Shown: positions 19,009 through 27,980 of the stretch, piece by piece | Layout of the letters: each line of letters begins with the position of its first letter | Position numbering within the stretch: position 1 is the first letter of the stretch | Source of the DNA: Deltaproteobacteria bacterium | Lineage (GTDB): Bacteria > Desulfobacterota > GWC2-55-46 | Direction: 5' to 3' | DNA length: 64,000 bases | Assembly: GCA_015075075.1 (NCBI GenBank) | Contig: JABTVA010000008.1 | Location: 50,215 to 114,214 of the forward strand | The notes under the pieces: model-generated | Databases searched by the model: none | The model's input: the letters and a program-made list of their open reading frames with translations, nothing else | What the model was told of the DNA's origin: nothing | Position numbers and translations under genes: made by a program

Positions 19009-19719
19009 ATGGACGCTGACTACAGGAGGTGCCGTGAGACCGCTTTCAAGGCGCTCATTGGTCCTCATACGGACTCGCGGAGTTCGGCAGGAACGTCTTC
19101 TGGAGCTAATGGTATCGTACGCAGCGCCCAGGAAAGACGCCCGGACGTCTCCGACAGGCTCCTCAGGAGGTTCAGGGGTTTAAAGGCGCCTCGACGCATC
19201 CCGGAAGAGCTTAAGGCCGAGGGCTCGCTGGGCGACGACGGCATAGTGCTCGTCAAGCTATTCAAGGAGATGGCGGGCGCCTATCTTAAGGAGCGGACGG
19301 TCGGGCAGGATGCCGAGGCCGGCATGGCGGACCTCCTCGACTACCTTTGCCTTACGCTATCCGGCGAGAGGGTCGAGAAGTTCTTAGCGGTATACATGGG
19401 GTTCAGGAAAGAGATAATCTCCATAGACGTTCTGCACGAGGGCACCATAAACCAGACCGTCGTGTATCCGAGGAAGGCCATTGAGATGGCCTTCAGGCAT
19501 AACGCCAGGTCGGTCATCTTCGTCCACAACCACCCGAGCGGCGACCCCACGCCGTCGAGCCAGGACAGGCAGCTTACAAGGGTCCTGGACAGGGCCGCTT
19601 CCGCGGTCGACATACTGGTCCTTGACCACCTGATAATCGGCAGGGACAGGCACTTCAGCGCCAGGGAGAACGGCTGGTCGATGGGGCTTCCCTTCAACTG
19701 CATCGCCGCAAGCCCCTGA
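19009..19719 (+). CDS. radC: RadC-family JAB/MPN domain protein
   Basis: C-terminal 'HNHPSGDPTPSSQD' JAMM motif. RBS AAAGGAG precedes the ATG at 19009. Confidence 0.8.
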   Translation: MDADYRRCRETAFKALIGPHTDSRSSAGTSSGANGIVRSAQERRPDVSDRLLRRFRGLKAPRRIPEELKAEGSLGDDGIVLVKLFKEMAGAYLKERTVGQDAEAGMADLLDYLCLTLSGERVEKFLAVYMGFRKEIISIDVLHEGTINQTVVYPRKAIEMAFRHNARSVIFVHNHPSGDPTPSSQDRQLTRVLDRAASAVDILVLDHLIIGRDRHFSARENGWSMGLPFNCIAASP

Positions 19720-19737
19720 TGTCGACTTAAAAGGCCT

Positions 19738-19880
19738 TTGTTGTCATTGCGGAGCTTTGGCTCGAAGCAATCTCAAATGCCCGATATTCCAAAAAATGAG
19801 AGTGCTTCCCGCCACGCTTCGCTCGCGGCTTCGGCTCACACGCTCGCAATGACGAATATGCGAATCAGTCAGAGCTTCCT
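19738..19880. mobile_element. MITE-like element, family B (degenerate copy)
   Basis: Shares the core 'TTGTCATTGC...GATTGCTTCCCGCCACGCTTCGCTCGCGGCTTCGGCTCACACGCTCGCAATGACGAA' with the copy at 22226. The right TIR is degenerate ('GAATCAGTCAGAGCTTCC'). Confidence 0.65.
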
Positions 19881-19912
19881 TAACTTGGTGCTCTTAAGAA
19901 GAGTCGGCCTGT

Positions 19913-22114
19913 TCAATCCGGCCTCTTTGAGCGTTCGAGCGCCTCTGAAACGGCCTTCAAGAGGCTTCCTACCGAATAGGGCTTGGGGAGAAAGCTGTAG
20001 CCTTTTTCCTTGAGGAGAGGCCTCGATGTCTCCTCGGCGTAGCCGCTCGTTATTACCACCGCCATGCCGGGTTTTTTCGTAAGGAGCTCCTCGGCGAGAT
20101 TGAAACCGCTCTTGTCCTTGAGGACAAGGTCCGAAAATAAGACCTTGAGGTCCGGTTCCCTCTGGAACGCCTCCATCGCCTCTTTCGCGTTCCCGGCCTC
20201 GACGACCTTGAACCCGTTATTCGCAAGCGCTGCCTTCGTGAACTCCCTTACCGGCAGGTCGTCCTCGACGAGAAGGACCTTTTCCCCTCCGCCCTTCAAG
20301 GGCTTAACCTCGCGCGCCTCCTTCTCCGGGAGTGCGGCCGGGAAATAGATCTTGAAAATGGTGCCCCTGCCCGGTTCGCTCTTGACAGATATCCACCCCC
20401 GGTGCTGCTTGACTATGCTGTAGACTATGGAGAGCCCGAACCCCGTCCCCTTGCCGGCCTCCTTGGTGGTAAAGAAAGGCTCGAATATCCTGGACAGGAA
20501 CTCCTTCTCAATGCCCACGCCCGTGTCGGCCACGGTAAGGCAGACCGCCTCCCCGGGGCGGGCGTCAGGTACTGATTTGGCCCGGCGCTCGTCTATGAAG
20601 ACGTTTTCCGTCTTTATGGAGAGCGTCCCGCCCGCGGGCATGGCGTCCTTCGCGTTCAGGGCGAGGTTCATGATGACCTGCTCGATATTGCTCTCGTCGG
20701 CCTCTATGGTACAGAGGTCGGGGGCCAGGTCGGTCGAGATGGTGATGTCCTCCCCGATTATGTGGGTGATCATGACCAGGAGCTCATCGACGAGCTTGTT
20801 CACGTTGAGCGGCACGAGCTCGAAGGGCTGGCCGCGGCTGAAGAGGAGGAGCTGCCGGGTAAGCTTGGAGGCGAGCATCACGGAGTTGACAATGCCGTCA
20901 ACGCGCGGGTATGCAGGGTCGGACTTCTTCATTTCCTCGAGGGCCAGCTCTGCATTGCCCCTTATCGCCGTGAGGATGTTGTTGAAGTCGTGCGATATCC
21001 CTCCCGCGAACCTCCCTATTGCCTCCATCTTCTGCGACTGGCTGAGGCGCGCCTGTATGAGCTCCCTTTCGCGTTCGGCGCGCTTCCTTTCGGTTATGTC
21101 CCGGACCATGCCCGTGAAGTGGAGCACACCGCCGAGGGTGAAGTTATTGAGGGCGAGCTCCAGCGGGAATATCTCTCCGTTTTTCCTCAAGCCTTCGAAT
21201 TCGTGTATCCTGCCCTGTACCGTGCTCTCCCCGGTCCTCAAAAACCTTTCAAGCCCCTCCTTGTGGGCCTTCTTGTATTTGTCAGGGACGAGGACCCCGA
21301 CGTCCTGCCCGATGAGCTCTTCCCTGGGATATCCGAATATCCGGGCCGCGCTCTCGTTGCAGTCGATTATCCTGTCCTTTGCGTCGGCTATGATTATGCC
21401 GTCGAATGCGGTATTGTGGACGAGCCGGTACCTGGTCTCGCTCTCCTTCAGGGCCATCTCGGTCTTCTTCCTCTCGGTTATGTCCTCGCCGGAGCTCAAT
21501 GTGCCGGCTGCGATGCCGCCCTCCATCAGCACGGCGTTGTGCCACAGGACGACCCTTTCCTCGCCGCTTCTCGTCAATACCGGGTTCTCGAAATAGCCCT
21601 CGGCCTCCCTGCCGCCGGAGATGAGCCTGGCGAACTCGAACCGAACCTCTTTTTTGAGCCTGGCCGGCAAGAAGTTCTCGACCCAGTCCCTGCCGAGGAC
21701 CTCTTCCTCCCGGTACCCGAGCGTCTGGCAGGCGTTCCTGTTTATAAGGCGCACCTTCCCTTCCCGGTCAAGGACGACCACCATCACCCCTGCCACATCG
21801 AGGTACTTCTGGAACCGGTCCCTTTCCCTCGAAGCCGTCCTCTCGGCCTCCTCGCGTTTTTCAACGAGCGCCATGAGCGGCCTGAATATGAAGAAATAAA
21901 GGATGGGCGAGAGGATGAGCACAAGGAGCGGGGCGTCTATGAAGATGGCATGGACCGGCTCAAGGAAGTCCCTGTAGAAATAGAAGAGCATCATTATAAA
22001 GGCCTCGACGAAGAAAACCGAAAGGACCAGTATGACGATTATCTTTATCGGCGAATAGGTCCGGGCTTCCGTCCTCTGCTCTGGCCTGCCCTGGCGTGAG
22101 GTCTTCTCTTCCAT
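19913..22114 (-). CDS. Hybrid sensor histidine kinase (TM - PAS x2 - HisKA - HATPase_c - receiver)
   Basis: 733 aa. H-box 'SHDFNNILTAIRGNAELA', an ATPase G-box, and a C-terminal receiver 'KVLLVEDD...'. An N-terminal TM segment is present. Confidence 0.85.
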   Translation of the reverse strand: MEEKTSRQGRPEQRTEARTYSPIKIIVILVLSVFFVEAFIMMLFYFYRDFLEPVHAIFIDAPLLVLILSPILYFFIFRPLMALVEKREEAERTASRERDRFQKYLDVAGVMVVVLDREGKVRLINRNACQTLGYREEEVLGRDWVENFLPARLKKEVRFEFARLISGGREAEGYFENPVLTRSGEERVVLWHNAVLMEGGIAAGTLSSGEDITERKKTEMALKESETRYRLVHNTAFDGIIIADAKDRIIDCNESAARIFGYPREELIGQDVGVLVPDKYKKAHKEGLERFLRTGESTVQGRIHEFEGLRKNGEIFPLELALNNFTLGGVLHFTGMVRDITERKRAERERELIQARLSQSQKMEAIGRFAGGISHDFNNILTAIRGNAELALEEMKKSDPAYPRVDGIVNSVMLASKLTRQLLLFSRGQPFELVPLNVNKLVDELLVMITHIIGEDITISTDLAPDLCTIEADESNIEQVIMNLALNAKDAMPAGGTLSIKTENVFIDERRAKSVPDARPGEAVCLTVADTGVGIEKEFLSRIFEPFFTTKEAGKGTGFGLSIVYSIVKQHRGWISVKSEPGRGTIFKIYFPAALPEKEAREVKPLKGGGEKVLLVEDDLPVREFTKAALANNGFKVVEAGNAKEAMEAFQREPDLKVLFSDLVLKDKSGFNLAEELLTKKPGMAVVITSGYAEETSRPLLKEKGYSFLPKPYSVGSLLKAVSEALERSKRPD

Positions 22115-22225
22115 TTTCCTTTTCCTGGAGAAATGTCGCGCTTCTGATTGACGGGTTGAGGTCTTTCCAGGCTGCTATCCCGTTCCGGGCAGCCTGGCAT
22201 CCCGCCGCGGGAATGGGCTGGTTTA

Positions 22226-22398
22226 GGGAAGGTCTGATTAATTCTGTTTTCTGTTGTCATTGCTTAGGAGCTAAAGCTACGAAGCAATCTCTAAGTGCTT
22301 GATTTTCCAAAAGATAAGATTGCTTCCCGCCACGCTTCGCTCGCGGCTTCGGCTCACACGCTCGCAATGACGAACACATTGAATTAATCAGAGCTTCC
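22226..22398. mobile_element. MITE-like element, family B (TIR GGAAG(G/C)TCTGATTAATTC)
   Basis: About 18-bp TIRs enclose an internal hairpin (ATTGCTTAGGAGC / GCTACGAAGCAAT). It lies in the same orientation as the copy at 19738; the two flank the kinase gene. Confidence 0.7.
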
Positions 22399-22544
22399 TT
22401 AGTTTTGATTTTTATTCCAAAATTCCGGCTTTTCGCGCGTAATCGGAATATTTGCCCGCCCGTCCTGTATACCAGCCTGGCCCTCGGTAGAGCCGGGCAG
22501 AAGGCCTGAACTAAATATTCTGTATTTCTCGGCTTTCGTCAAGC

Positions 22545-22572
22545 TTGACAGGCCTGAATCTCGGTGTAGATT
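22545..22572 (+). promoter_or_regulatory. Sigma70-like promoter (TTGACA-N16-TAGATT)
   Basis: Consensus -35 and a reasonable -10 about 50 bp upstream of the 22621 ORF. RBS 'AAGGAAGGAGAG'. Confidence 0.4.
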
Positions 22573-22620
22573 CAACATAATGCGTTTTAACCCGCCTGAA
22601 ATAAGGAAGGAGAGCGTATT

Positions 22621-23385
22621 ATGAGAAAGGCAGCATATTTCATGTTTTTCGCCATTGCCGCCCCGTCGGTCGCGTTCGCATACCCGAACGGGACCCCCAT
22701 GTACCTTACGGATACCGGCCCGTTTTGCGCATCGTGCCACTCGGCCATGAAGGCCGAGTACATGCCGGAAGCGCCGCCGGATTTCGCGAAGTCCGAGGTG
22801 CCCGAGGCCAAGCACTACGCACTTGTGCGCGCCAAACTCCCGCCTTCTCCTTATATAGAGCTCACGGATGAAGAGAAGGAGGAGGTCATACGGGTAGCCA
22901 GGCTCATCGACTCCAGGTCGTCCGTAACTATTTCTGCCCCGGAAAGCGTAAGGGCCGGGGCGGAGACGGTCGTCGAGGTCAAGGCGAGGGGCGGAAACGG
23001 CCCTGCAATCGGCATCATGCTCGTGGACCGGGCCCTGAGGTTCCAGTCCAGGCCGGTCTCGTCCTCGGGATGGCAGGTGCTGGGCGAACCGGAGGTCAGG
23101 GGGCAGGACGGCAAGCCCCAGAGGAGCTGGTTTGAGAAAAGGTCCGAAGGCCTTCCCGCGAACCTCAACTATGCGGCCGTAGAGGGGCAGGATTTCAACC
23201 TGGAAAGGGACATCCTCCCGGGTGGTACCGTCACTTACAGGCTAAGGGCGCCCCTTGCCCCCGGCGTTTACACTATGTCCGCCGCCTTCCTGTACGGAAC
23301 GGAAAACACGGACAAGGCGGGATTTTTCCAGCGGCCTTCCGGCAGGATACTGTTTTCCGAAGAGATACGGGTGAGGGTCGAGTAA
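22621..23385 (+). CDS. Secreted protein with a single CxxCH heme-binding motif (monoheme cytochrome-like) and a C-terminal beta-rich domain
   Basis: Signal peptide 'MRKAAYFMFFAIAAPSVAFA' and 'CASCHS'. No recognisable family beyond that. Confidence 0.55.
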   Translation: MRKAAYFMFFAIAAPSVAFAYPNGTPMYLTDTGPFCASCHSAMKAEYMPEAPPDFAKSEVPEAKHYALVRAKLPPSPYIELTDEEKEEVIRVARLIDSRSSVTISAPESVRAGAETVVEVKARGGNGPAIGIMLVDRALRFQSRPVSSSGWQVLGEPEVRGQDGKPQRSWFEKRSEGLPANLNYAAVEGQDFNLERDILPGGTVTYRLRAPLAPGVYTMSAAFLYGTENTDKAGFFQRPSGRILFSEEIRVRVE

Positions 23386-23732
23386 AAGTTCAGGGGAGCG
23401 GACTAAAAAAAATTATTTTCAGGACTGAAACCCCTTTTTTTCTATTTACACCGGATATTATTCGGGTTATCCTCGGGTCCATTATTCATACAATTACGGC
23501 ATCTTGCCATTGGTATTCAAATCCTTTTTCGGCGCAGTCCGGCAAAGGATTTTTTATATAAGGGAGAATATATGCGCCTACGGGTTTTGCGAGGTGAAGT
23601 AGGCCCCTTGGGAAGGAGGCGGGTGAATCCTTTCAGGGGGGTTTGAAAAACCGTTGCATCAGGATATTGCCAGGGTAGTCGAACCGGAAGCAAAAAACTT
23701 TCAAGAGGTAAAAACTTTCAAAGGAGAAGAAA

Positions 23733-23942
23733 ATGAAAAAGCTCGGATTCGCCCTCGTTGTAGCGCTCTTCGGACTCTCGATGCTCGTGACTGCCTGCCA
23801 GAAGCAGGAAGCGCCCAAGGAGCAGCCCGCTCCCCCGACAGCTGAGCAGCCGGCCCCTCCGGCTGACCAGCAGCCTCCTGCCGACCAGGCCGCTCCCCCG
23901 GCTGACCAGGCCGCTCCCCCGGCGGGACAGCCCCAGAACTAA
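23733..23942 (+). CDS. Small proline-rich lipoprotein
   Basis: 69 aa. Signal peptide with lipobox 'LVTAC'. Tandem 'PADQAAPP' repeats. RBS 'AAAGGAGAAG'. A strong terminator follows. Confidence 0.55.
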   Translation: MKKLGFALVVALFGLSMLVTACQKQEAPKEQPAPPTAEQPAPPADQQPPADQAAPPADQAAPPAGQPQN

Positions 23943-23984
23943 TCACGAACGGGGCTTAAAGCCGTAATGGTCTGAACCGAAAAA

Positions 23985-24029
23985 CGGCGGATCGGAAGGG
24001 GGTGCCCCGGAACATCCGCCGCTTTTTTT
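23985..24029 (+). terminator. Intrinsic terminator
   Basis: Hairpin 'GGCGGAT...GGGGGTGCCCC...ATCCGCC' followed by T7. Confidence 0.7.
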
Positions 24030-24032
24030 ACA

Positions 24033-24300
24033 GGCTGCTGAAAAAGCCCAATCTGCTGTGTCGTCTTCAAAGTTGGACACTCCGGCGTACAAGAAAAGTA
24101 CGCCTCATTCCTAAGGAAGCTCTGATTAATTCAATGTGTCGTCATTGCGAGCGAAGTTGAAACAATCTTATCTTTGGAAAATCAAGCATTAGAGATTGCT
24201 TCGGAGCTAAAGCTCCTAAGCAATGACAACAGAAAACAGAATTAATCAGACCTTCCCTAATTTTTCGACTCCTTGCATCTTGAGCTTTTTGAGCAGCCTG
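24033..24300. mobile_element. MITE family C copy interrupted by a nested family B MITE (24120-24251)
   Basis: Left part 24033-24119 and right part 24252-24300 match the intact C copies. The inserted B element carries TIRs 'GGAAGCTCTGATTAATTC / GAATTAATCAGACCTTCC'. Confidence 0.75.
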
Positions 24301-24380
24301 AATGTGGGTTTTTGAAGTAATCTTTTAAAGCCCAAGCCGGTTCTGATTTCTGTCCGTCCATCAAGGCCGGGAGGCCTGCC

Positions 24381-25115
24381 ATGGAAGAGAAGGGCGTCTA
24401 CATAGCTACCTCCGGATGGCAGTACGGCCACTGGATAGGGCCATTCTATCCGGAGCATATCGCGAAATCGAAGCTCTTCGAATTCTACGCCACCCGCTTC
24501 AATACCGTCGAGGTCAATAACTCCTTTTACAGGCTCCCCGAGAAGACCACCTTCGCCCGCTGGAAGGAAAAAAGCCCTGAAAAGTTCATCTTCGCCCTCA
24601 AGGCGAGCCGCTTCATAACCCATGTGAAAAGGCTCAAGGACCCGGTGGAGCCGGTCAGGAACTTTATGGACCGGGCCGTGGCGCTCGGAGAAAAGTTAGG
24701 GCCCATCCTATTCCAGCTGCCGCCCAGGTGGAACCTAAATATCGAACGGCTCGCCATTTTTCTCGAGGCCCTTCCCAGGAATTTCAGGTTCGCGTTCGAG
24801 TGCAGGGACCCGAGCTGGTTCCATCCCGAGGTCTACGGGCTTCTTAAGGAGCATAACTCAGCCTTTTGCATATTCGATTTCGATTTCCTCCTCTCGCCCA
24901 GGGAGGTCACGGCGGACTTCATCTACATCAGGCTCCACGGCCCGGCAGGCAAATACAGGGGGCAGTATTCGGAGGAAACGCTCCGGGACTGGGCCGGGTT
25001 CATAAGGAAATGGAAGGGGAAGACCAAGGCCGTTTACTGCTATTTCGACAACGACGAGGCCGGGTACGCGGCAGCGGACGCACAGAGGCTCAAGAATATT
25101 CTGCGCCTTGAATAG
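24381..25115 (+). CDS. DUF72 family protein
   Basis: 244 aa with the conserved DUF72 blocks ('YIATSGWQY', 'TVEVNNSFYRLP', 'QLPPRW'). Confidence 0.7.
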   Translation: MEEKGVYIATSGWQYGHWIGPFYPEHIAKSKLFEFYATRFNTVEVNNSFYRLPEKTTFARWKEKSPEKFIFALKASRFITHVKRLKDPVEPVRNFMDRAVALGEKLGPILFQLPPRWNLNIERLAIFLEALPRNFRFAFECRDPSWFHPEVYGLLKEHNSAFCIFDFDFLLSPREVTADFIYIRLHGPAGKYRGQYSEETLRDWAGFIRKWKGKTKAVYCYFDNDEAGYAAADAQRLKNILRLE

Positions 25116-25131
25116 CGCGAGCCCCTGCCCC

Positions 25132-26000
25132 TCAATGCGACGTCTTCCTCAGCACGCCGCCGTTACAGAGCTTCAAGGCCCTCAGGAGCTCTATAGTCCT
25201 CCGAGCGGCCTCCTCTGGCCTCCGGGGGTCGTAGAGGTCCACTGTAATGAAGCCCCGGTACGAGCGCCTTTCGAATAAAGAGAAGAGCCCCTTCAGGTCC
25301 ATCTCGGCGGCATCAGGGATGAGGCGCAGGCGTTTTCTGCCTGAGAGGTCCTCGATATGGACGTGGAATATCCTGCCGTCAAGGAGGTTTACCGTGGACT
25401 CCGGCTCCTCGCCGAGGGCAAAGCTGTGCCCCAGGTCAAGGTTGGCGCCCAGGAAGCGCGAGCCTATCTCGCTTATGAGGCACGATAGCTCGGAGCCGGA
25501 CTCGATAAGTAGCCCCGGCTCGTACTCAAGGCCTATGAAGACCCTCTTCTCCTCGGCGTAGCGCATGATGTCCTTAAGCGAGCCCTTCAGGAACTCTATC
25601 CCCTCCTCGGGGGTCGTCTCGGGCTGTATCGGCCCGGAGGTAACGCTTACATTGGATGAGCCGAGCGCCTTCGCGAGGTCTATGCACTTTTTGGTGTAGT
25701 CAACCCGCCATGCCCTTACGCCGGGGTCGGGGTCCGCGAGGCACGGCTCGAAGAGCGGCTCGTTGGCCCCCGATTCGTAGTACCCCCGGACCGTGTTCGC
25801 GTTTATGTTCGAGACCTGGATGCCGGTCCGCGCAAGCACCGCCTTGAGCCTCTTGAGCTCGGGCTCCTTAAGGCTGTGCATGTATAGGTGGGGGATGTCC
25901 GCGAGTATCTCGACCCCCTCGTACCCTGCGGCGGCTATCTTTTCCACGGCCTCGAATACGGAGTAGTCTGTGAACGCGTTAGTGCTGAAGGAGAACCTCA
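25132..26000 (-). CDS. Sugar phosphate isomerase/epimerase (xylose-isomerase-like TIM barrel)
   Basis: 289 aa starting 'MRFSFSTNAFTDYSVFEAVEKIAAAGYEGVEI'. Its start ATG overlaps the stop of the upstream ino1-like gene (ATGA). The longer 517-aa ORF in the track is an artificial upstream extension. Confidence 0.7.
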
Positions 26001-27206
26001 TGTGTGCACCCCGCTCTCTTTTGCTTTTTCCGCGTACCTGAAGAGCATCTCGGCCTGCTTGAAATAACGGTGTTCGTCCACGCCGACCGGCGCCTTGAAG
26101 AAAGAGGCGAGGTGGGTCATGGGGCCGCCCTCGCCCCTCCTTTTCGAGAGATCTGAAAGCCTCACGAGGTCGAGTATGAGAGGGGCCGCGAGCAGGGAAT
26201 CGTACCCCTGCCAGATGAACTGCATGGTCATCCGCGAGCCGAGGAAACCCCTGAAGTGGATGAAGTTCCACGCGGTCTTCACATCGTCGAGCGAGGGGAC
26301 GAAGTCGATGCGGACCCTTGAGTGGGGGGCGTATCCGAGGACCTTGTGGAGAATGCCGTCCTTGCTGATTATCTTCGATTCCCTGTTCTCCGGGTCGCTT
26401 AAGACCCTTCCGTCCATGTTCCCCAGGAGATTGACCCCCTCCCAGCTCAGCACCTCGAGGTTCCTGTAGAGGAACATCGGCGCGAGGGCGGACTTTACGA
26501 GCGTTTCCCCGGTCTTCCCGTCGTTTCCCATGACCGGCACGCCGTTTTTCCGGGCAAGCTCGACGAGGGCGGGTACAAGGGCGTTCGAGGGCGTGAAGTT
26601 TATGTAAGGGCAGCCCTCGAGAATGGCGGCGTAGGCGTAGATGGCCGATGCCCGGACCTCTTCCGAACGGTCCTCCATGACGCATTCCTCGAAGCCGTCC
26701 GGTGTTTCATGCGAGGGCCTCGCCTCAAGGGGCGGCTCGGTCGAGGCGAGGTTCACGACGACCACGCAGTCGAGCGAATTCTTTTCCCTGAAACCGGCTA
26801 TGTCCTTCCTGAGCTTCAGCGCCTGCGCTTCGAGGGTCATGGCCCGCTCTGTCGCGGTATCAGCCGAAAGGAGCTCTATCGTCCTCCCGCAGTTGGTGGT
26901 TATGCCGTGGCAGATGTTCGGCGAGACCTCGATGAGGCCGCCTTCGATGGCGGAGAGGAGCTCGGATGGAAGCCCGGCGGACTTGAAAAGGGAGACGGCG
27001 CTCTCGAGAGGCGAGCCGGTCCTTATGTCCCATCCGCCGAAGGCCATATCCGCGGGCTCCGCGAGCGCGAGACCATTGAAGTGCGGAAGCTCCGTGACCA
27101 TGCCGGTCCTGTCGGAAAGCCCCTTTTTAAGGGCCAGGGCCCCGGCGATGACGGCGGTGGCTATATAGCCCGAGACGCCTATGAAGAACACCCCTGTCTT
27201 ACCCAC
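25998..27206 (-). CDS. myo-Inositol-1-phosphate synthase family (archaeal/bacterial short type)
   Basis: 402 aa. Has an N-terminal Rossmann segment 'GVFFIGVSGYIATAVIAG' and the conserved MIPS catalytic core. Confidence 0.75.
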   Translation of the reverse strand: MGKTGVFFIGVSGYIATAVIAGALALKKGLSDRTGMVTELPHFNGLALAEPADMAFGGWDIRTGSPLESAVSLFKSAGLPSELLSAIEGGLIEVSPNICHGITTNCGRTIELLSADTATERAMTLEAQALKLRKDIAGFREKNSLDCVVVVNLASTEPPLEARPSHETPDGFEECVMEDRSEEVRASAIYAYAAILEGCPYINFTPSNALVPALVELARKNGVPVMGNDGKTGETLVKSALAPMFLYRNLEVLSWEGVNLLGNMDGRVLSDPENRESKIISKDGILHKVLGYAPHSRVRIDFVPSLDDVKTAWNFIHFRGFLGSRMTMQFIWQGYDSLLAAPLILDLVRLSDLSKRRGEGGPMTHLASFFKAPVGVDEHRYFKQAEMLFRYAEKAKESGVHT

Positions 27207-27579
27207 GGCAAGGGCGCGCCTTCAGGACAGGACCAGCGGTGACGGCCAGCATAAGAAATCGTACCATCCCGGCCTCCTCTTTTTTCAGGCACCGGGCCCG
27301 TTTTTCCAGGGCCCCTTCCGCCTTTGGGACCAGGCAGGGCCGGTCATTTTTTCTGTGGGGTTTTAAGGATCGCGTCCGGTAAAGTGCCGGACCGGACGCA
27401 GTCTTCCTGGGCTGGCTGCCGGATAAGGCCCGGCTCGGTTACCCTTATTGGATTCTATGGCAAGAACGGTGTTTGTCAAGAAGCCGGGAATGCATTCTGC
27501 AGCGTGGAAAGGATGGCGAGCGCGGGGCCTCTACGGGCGCCGCCGCGCTTGAGGGCCAGGAGTGACCGGGCCTGAAGAC

Positions 27580-27759
27580 TCAGGCGTTCCCGCCTTTTTC
27601 GAGGTTCTTTATCATGTCCGTGAACATGGTGCCCCGTATCGTGGTCTGCTCTCCGCACTTGGGGCATTTTATGACTGCGCCGTCCTTCAATTCGCGCGCC
27701 TTCTTCTTGAAGACGTTCTCGCATACAGGGCAGGTTATGTCTATTATTACGTCGGCCAT
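27580..27759 (-). CDS. Small zinc-ribbon protein
   Basis: 59 aa 'MADVIIDITCPVCENVFKK...IKCPKCGE'. RBS GAAGGGAG precedes the ATG. Confidence 0.5.
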   Translation of the reverse strand: MADVIIDITCPVCENVFKKKARELKDGAVIKCPKCGEQTTIRGTMFTDMIKNLEKGGNA

Positions 27760-27906
27760 TTCAGGGGCTCCCTTCAAACGATTTCAGCGTTATTTTTTTT
27801 ACCATAAAAGGGGGCGGGAGGCAACAGCGGTACGGGCTCCCGGCAACGTCCCCGGGACGTGAGCGGGTTTAACATGTCAAAGAAGAATTCAAAGCCGATT
27901 ACATGT

Positions 27907-27935
27907 TTGACACCCTGGCGAGATGGTGTTAGCAT
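27907..27935 (+). promoter_or_regulatory. Sigma70-like promoter (TTGACA-N17-TAGCAT) for the glycosylation gene cluster
   Basis: Perfect -35 with 17-bp spacing to a 4/6 -10, about 45 bp upstream of the 27981 ORF. Confidence 0.4.
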
Positions 27936-27980
27936 TTCGGAATCCTGAATACAATCGGTGCCCTCTGGGGTTGACGAGAC

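Noticed and set aside
20427-22099. 389-aa and 445-aa ORFs on the plus strand inside the hybrid histidine kinase locus
   Set aside because: They are antisense to a kinase with all canonical boxes. Their compositions are biased (Ser-rich and Glu/Pro-rich respectively).
23800-23940. Short tandem DNA repeats (CCGGCTGACCAG...), possibly a CRISPR or VNTR
   Set aside because: They are in-frame coding repeats of the proline-rich lipoprotein (PADQAAPP). Spacers are not of regular size and there are no cas genes.
25132-26685. 517-aa ORF as a single gene
   Set aside because: The upstream 230 aa are Arg/Pro-rich antisense-type sequence overlapping the ino1-like gene. The conserved TIM-barrel protein starts at the internal 'MRFSFS' (26000).
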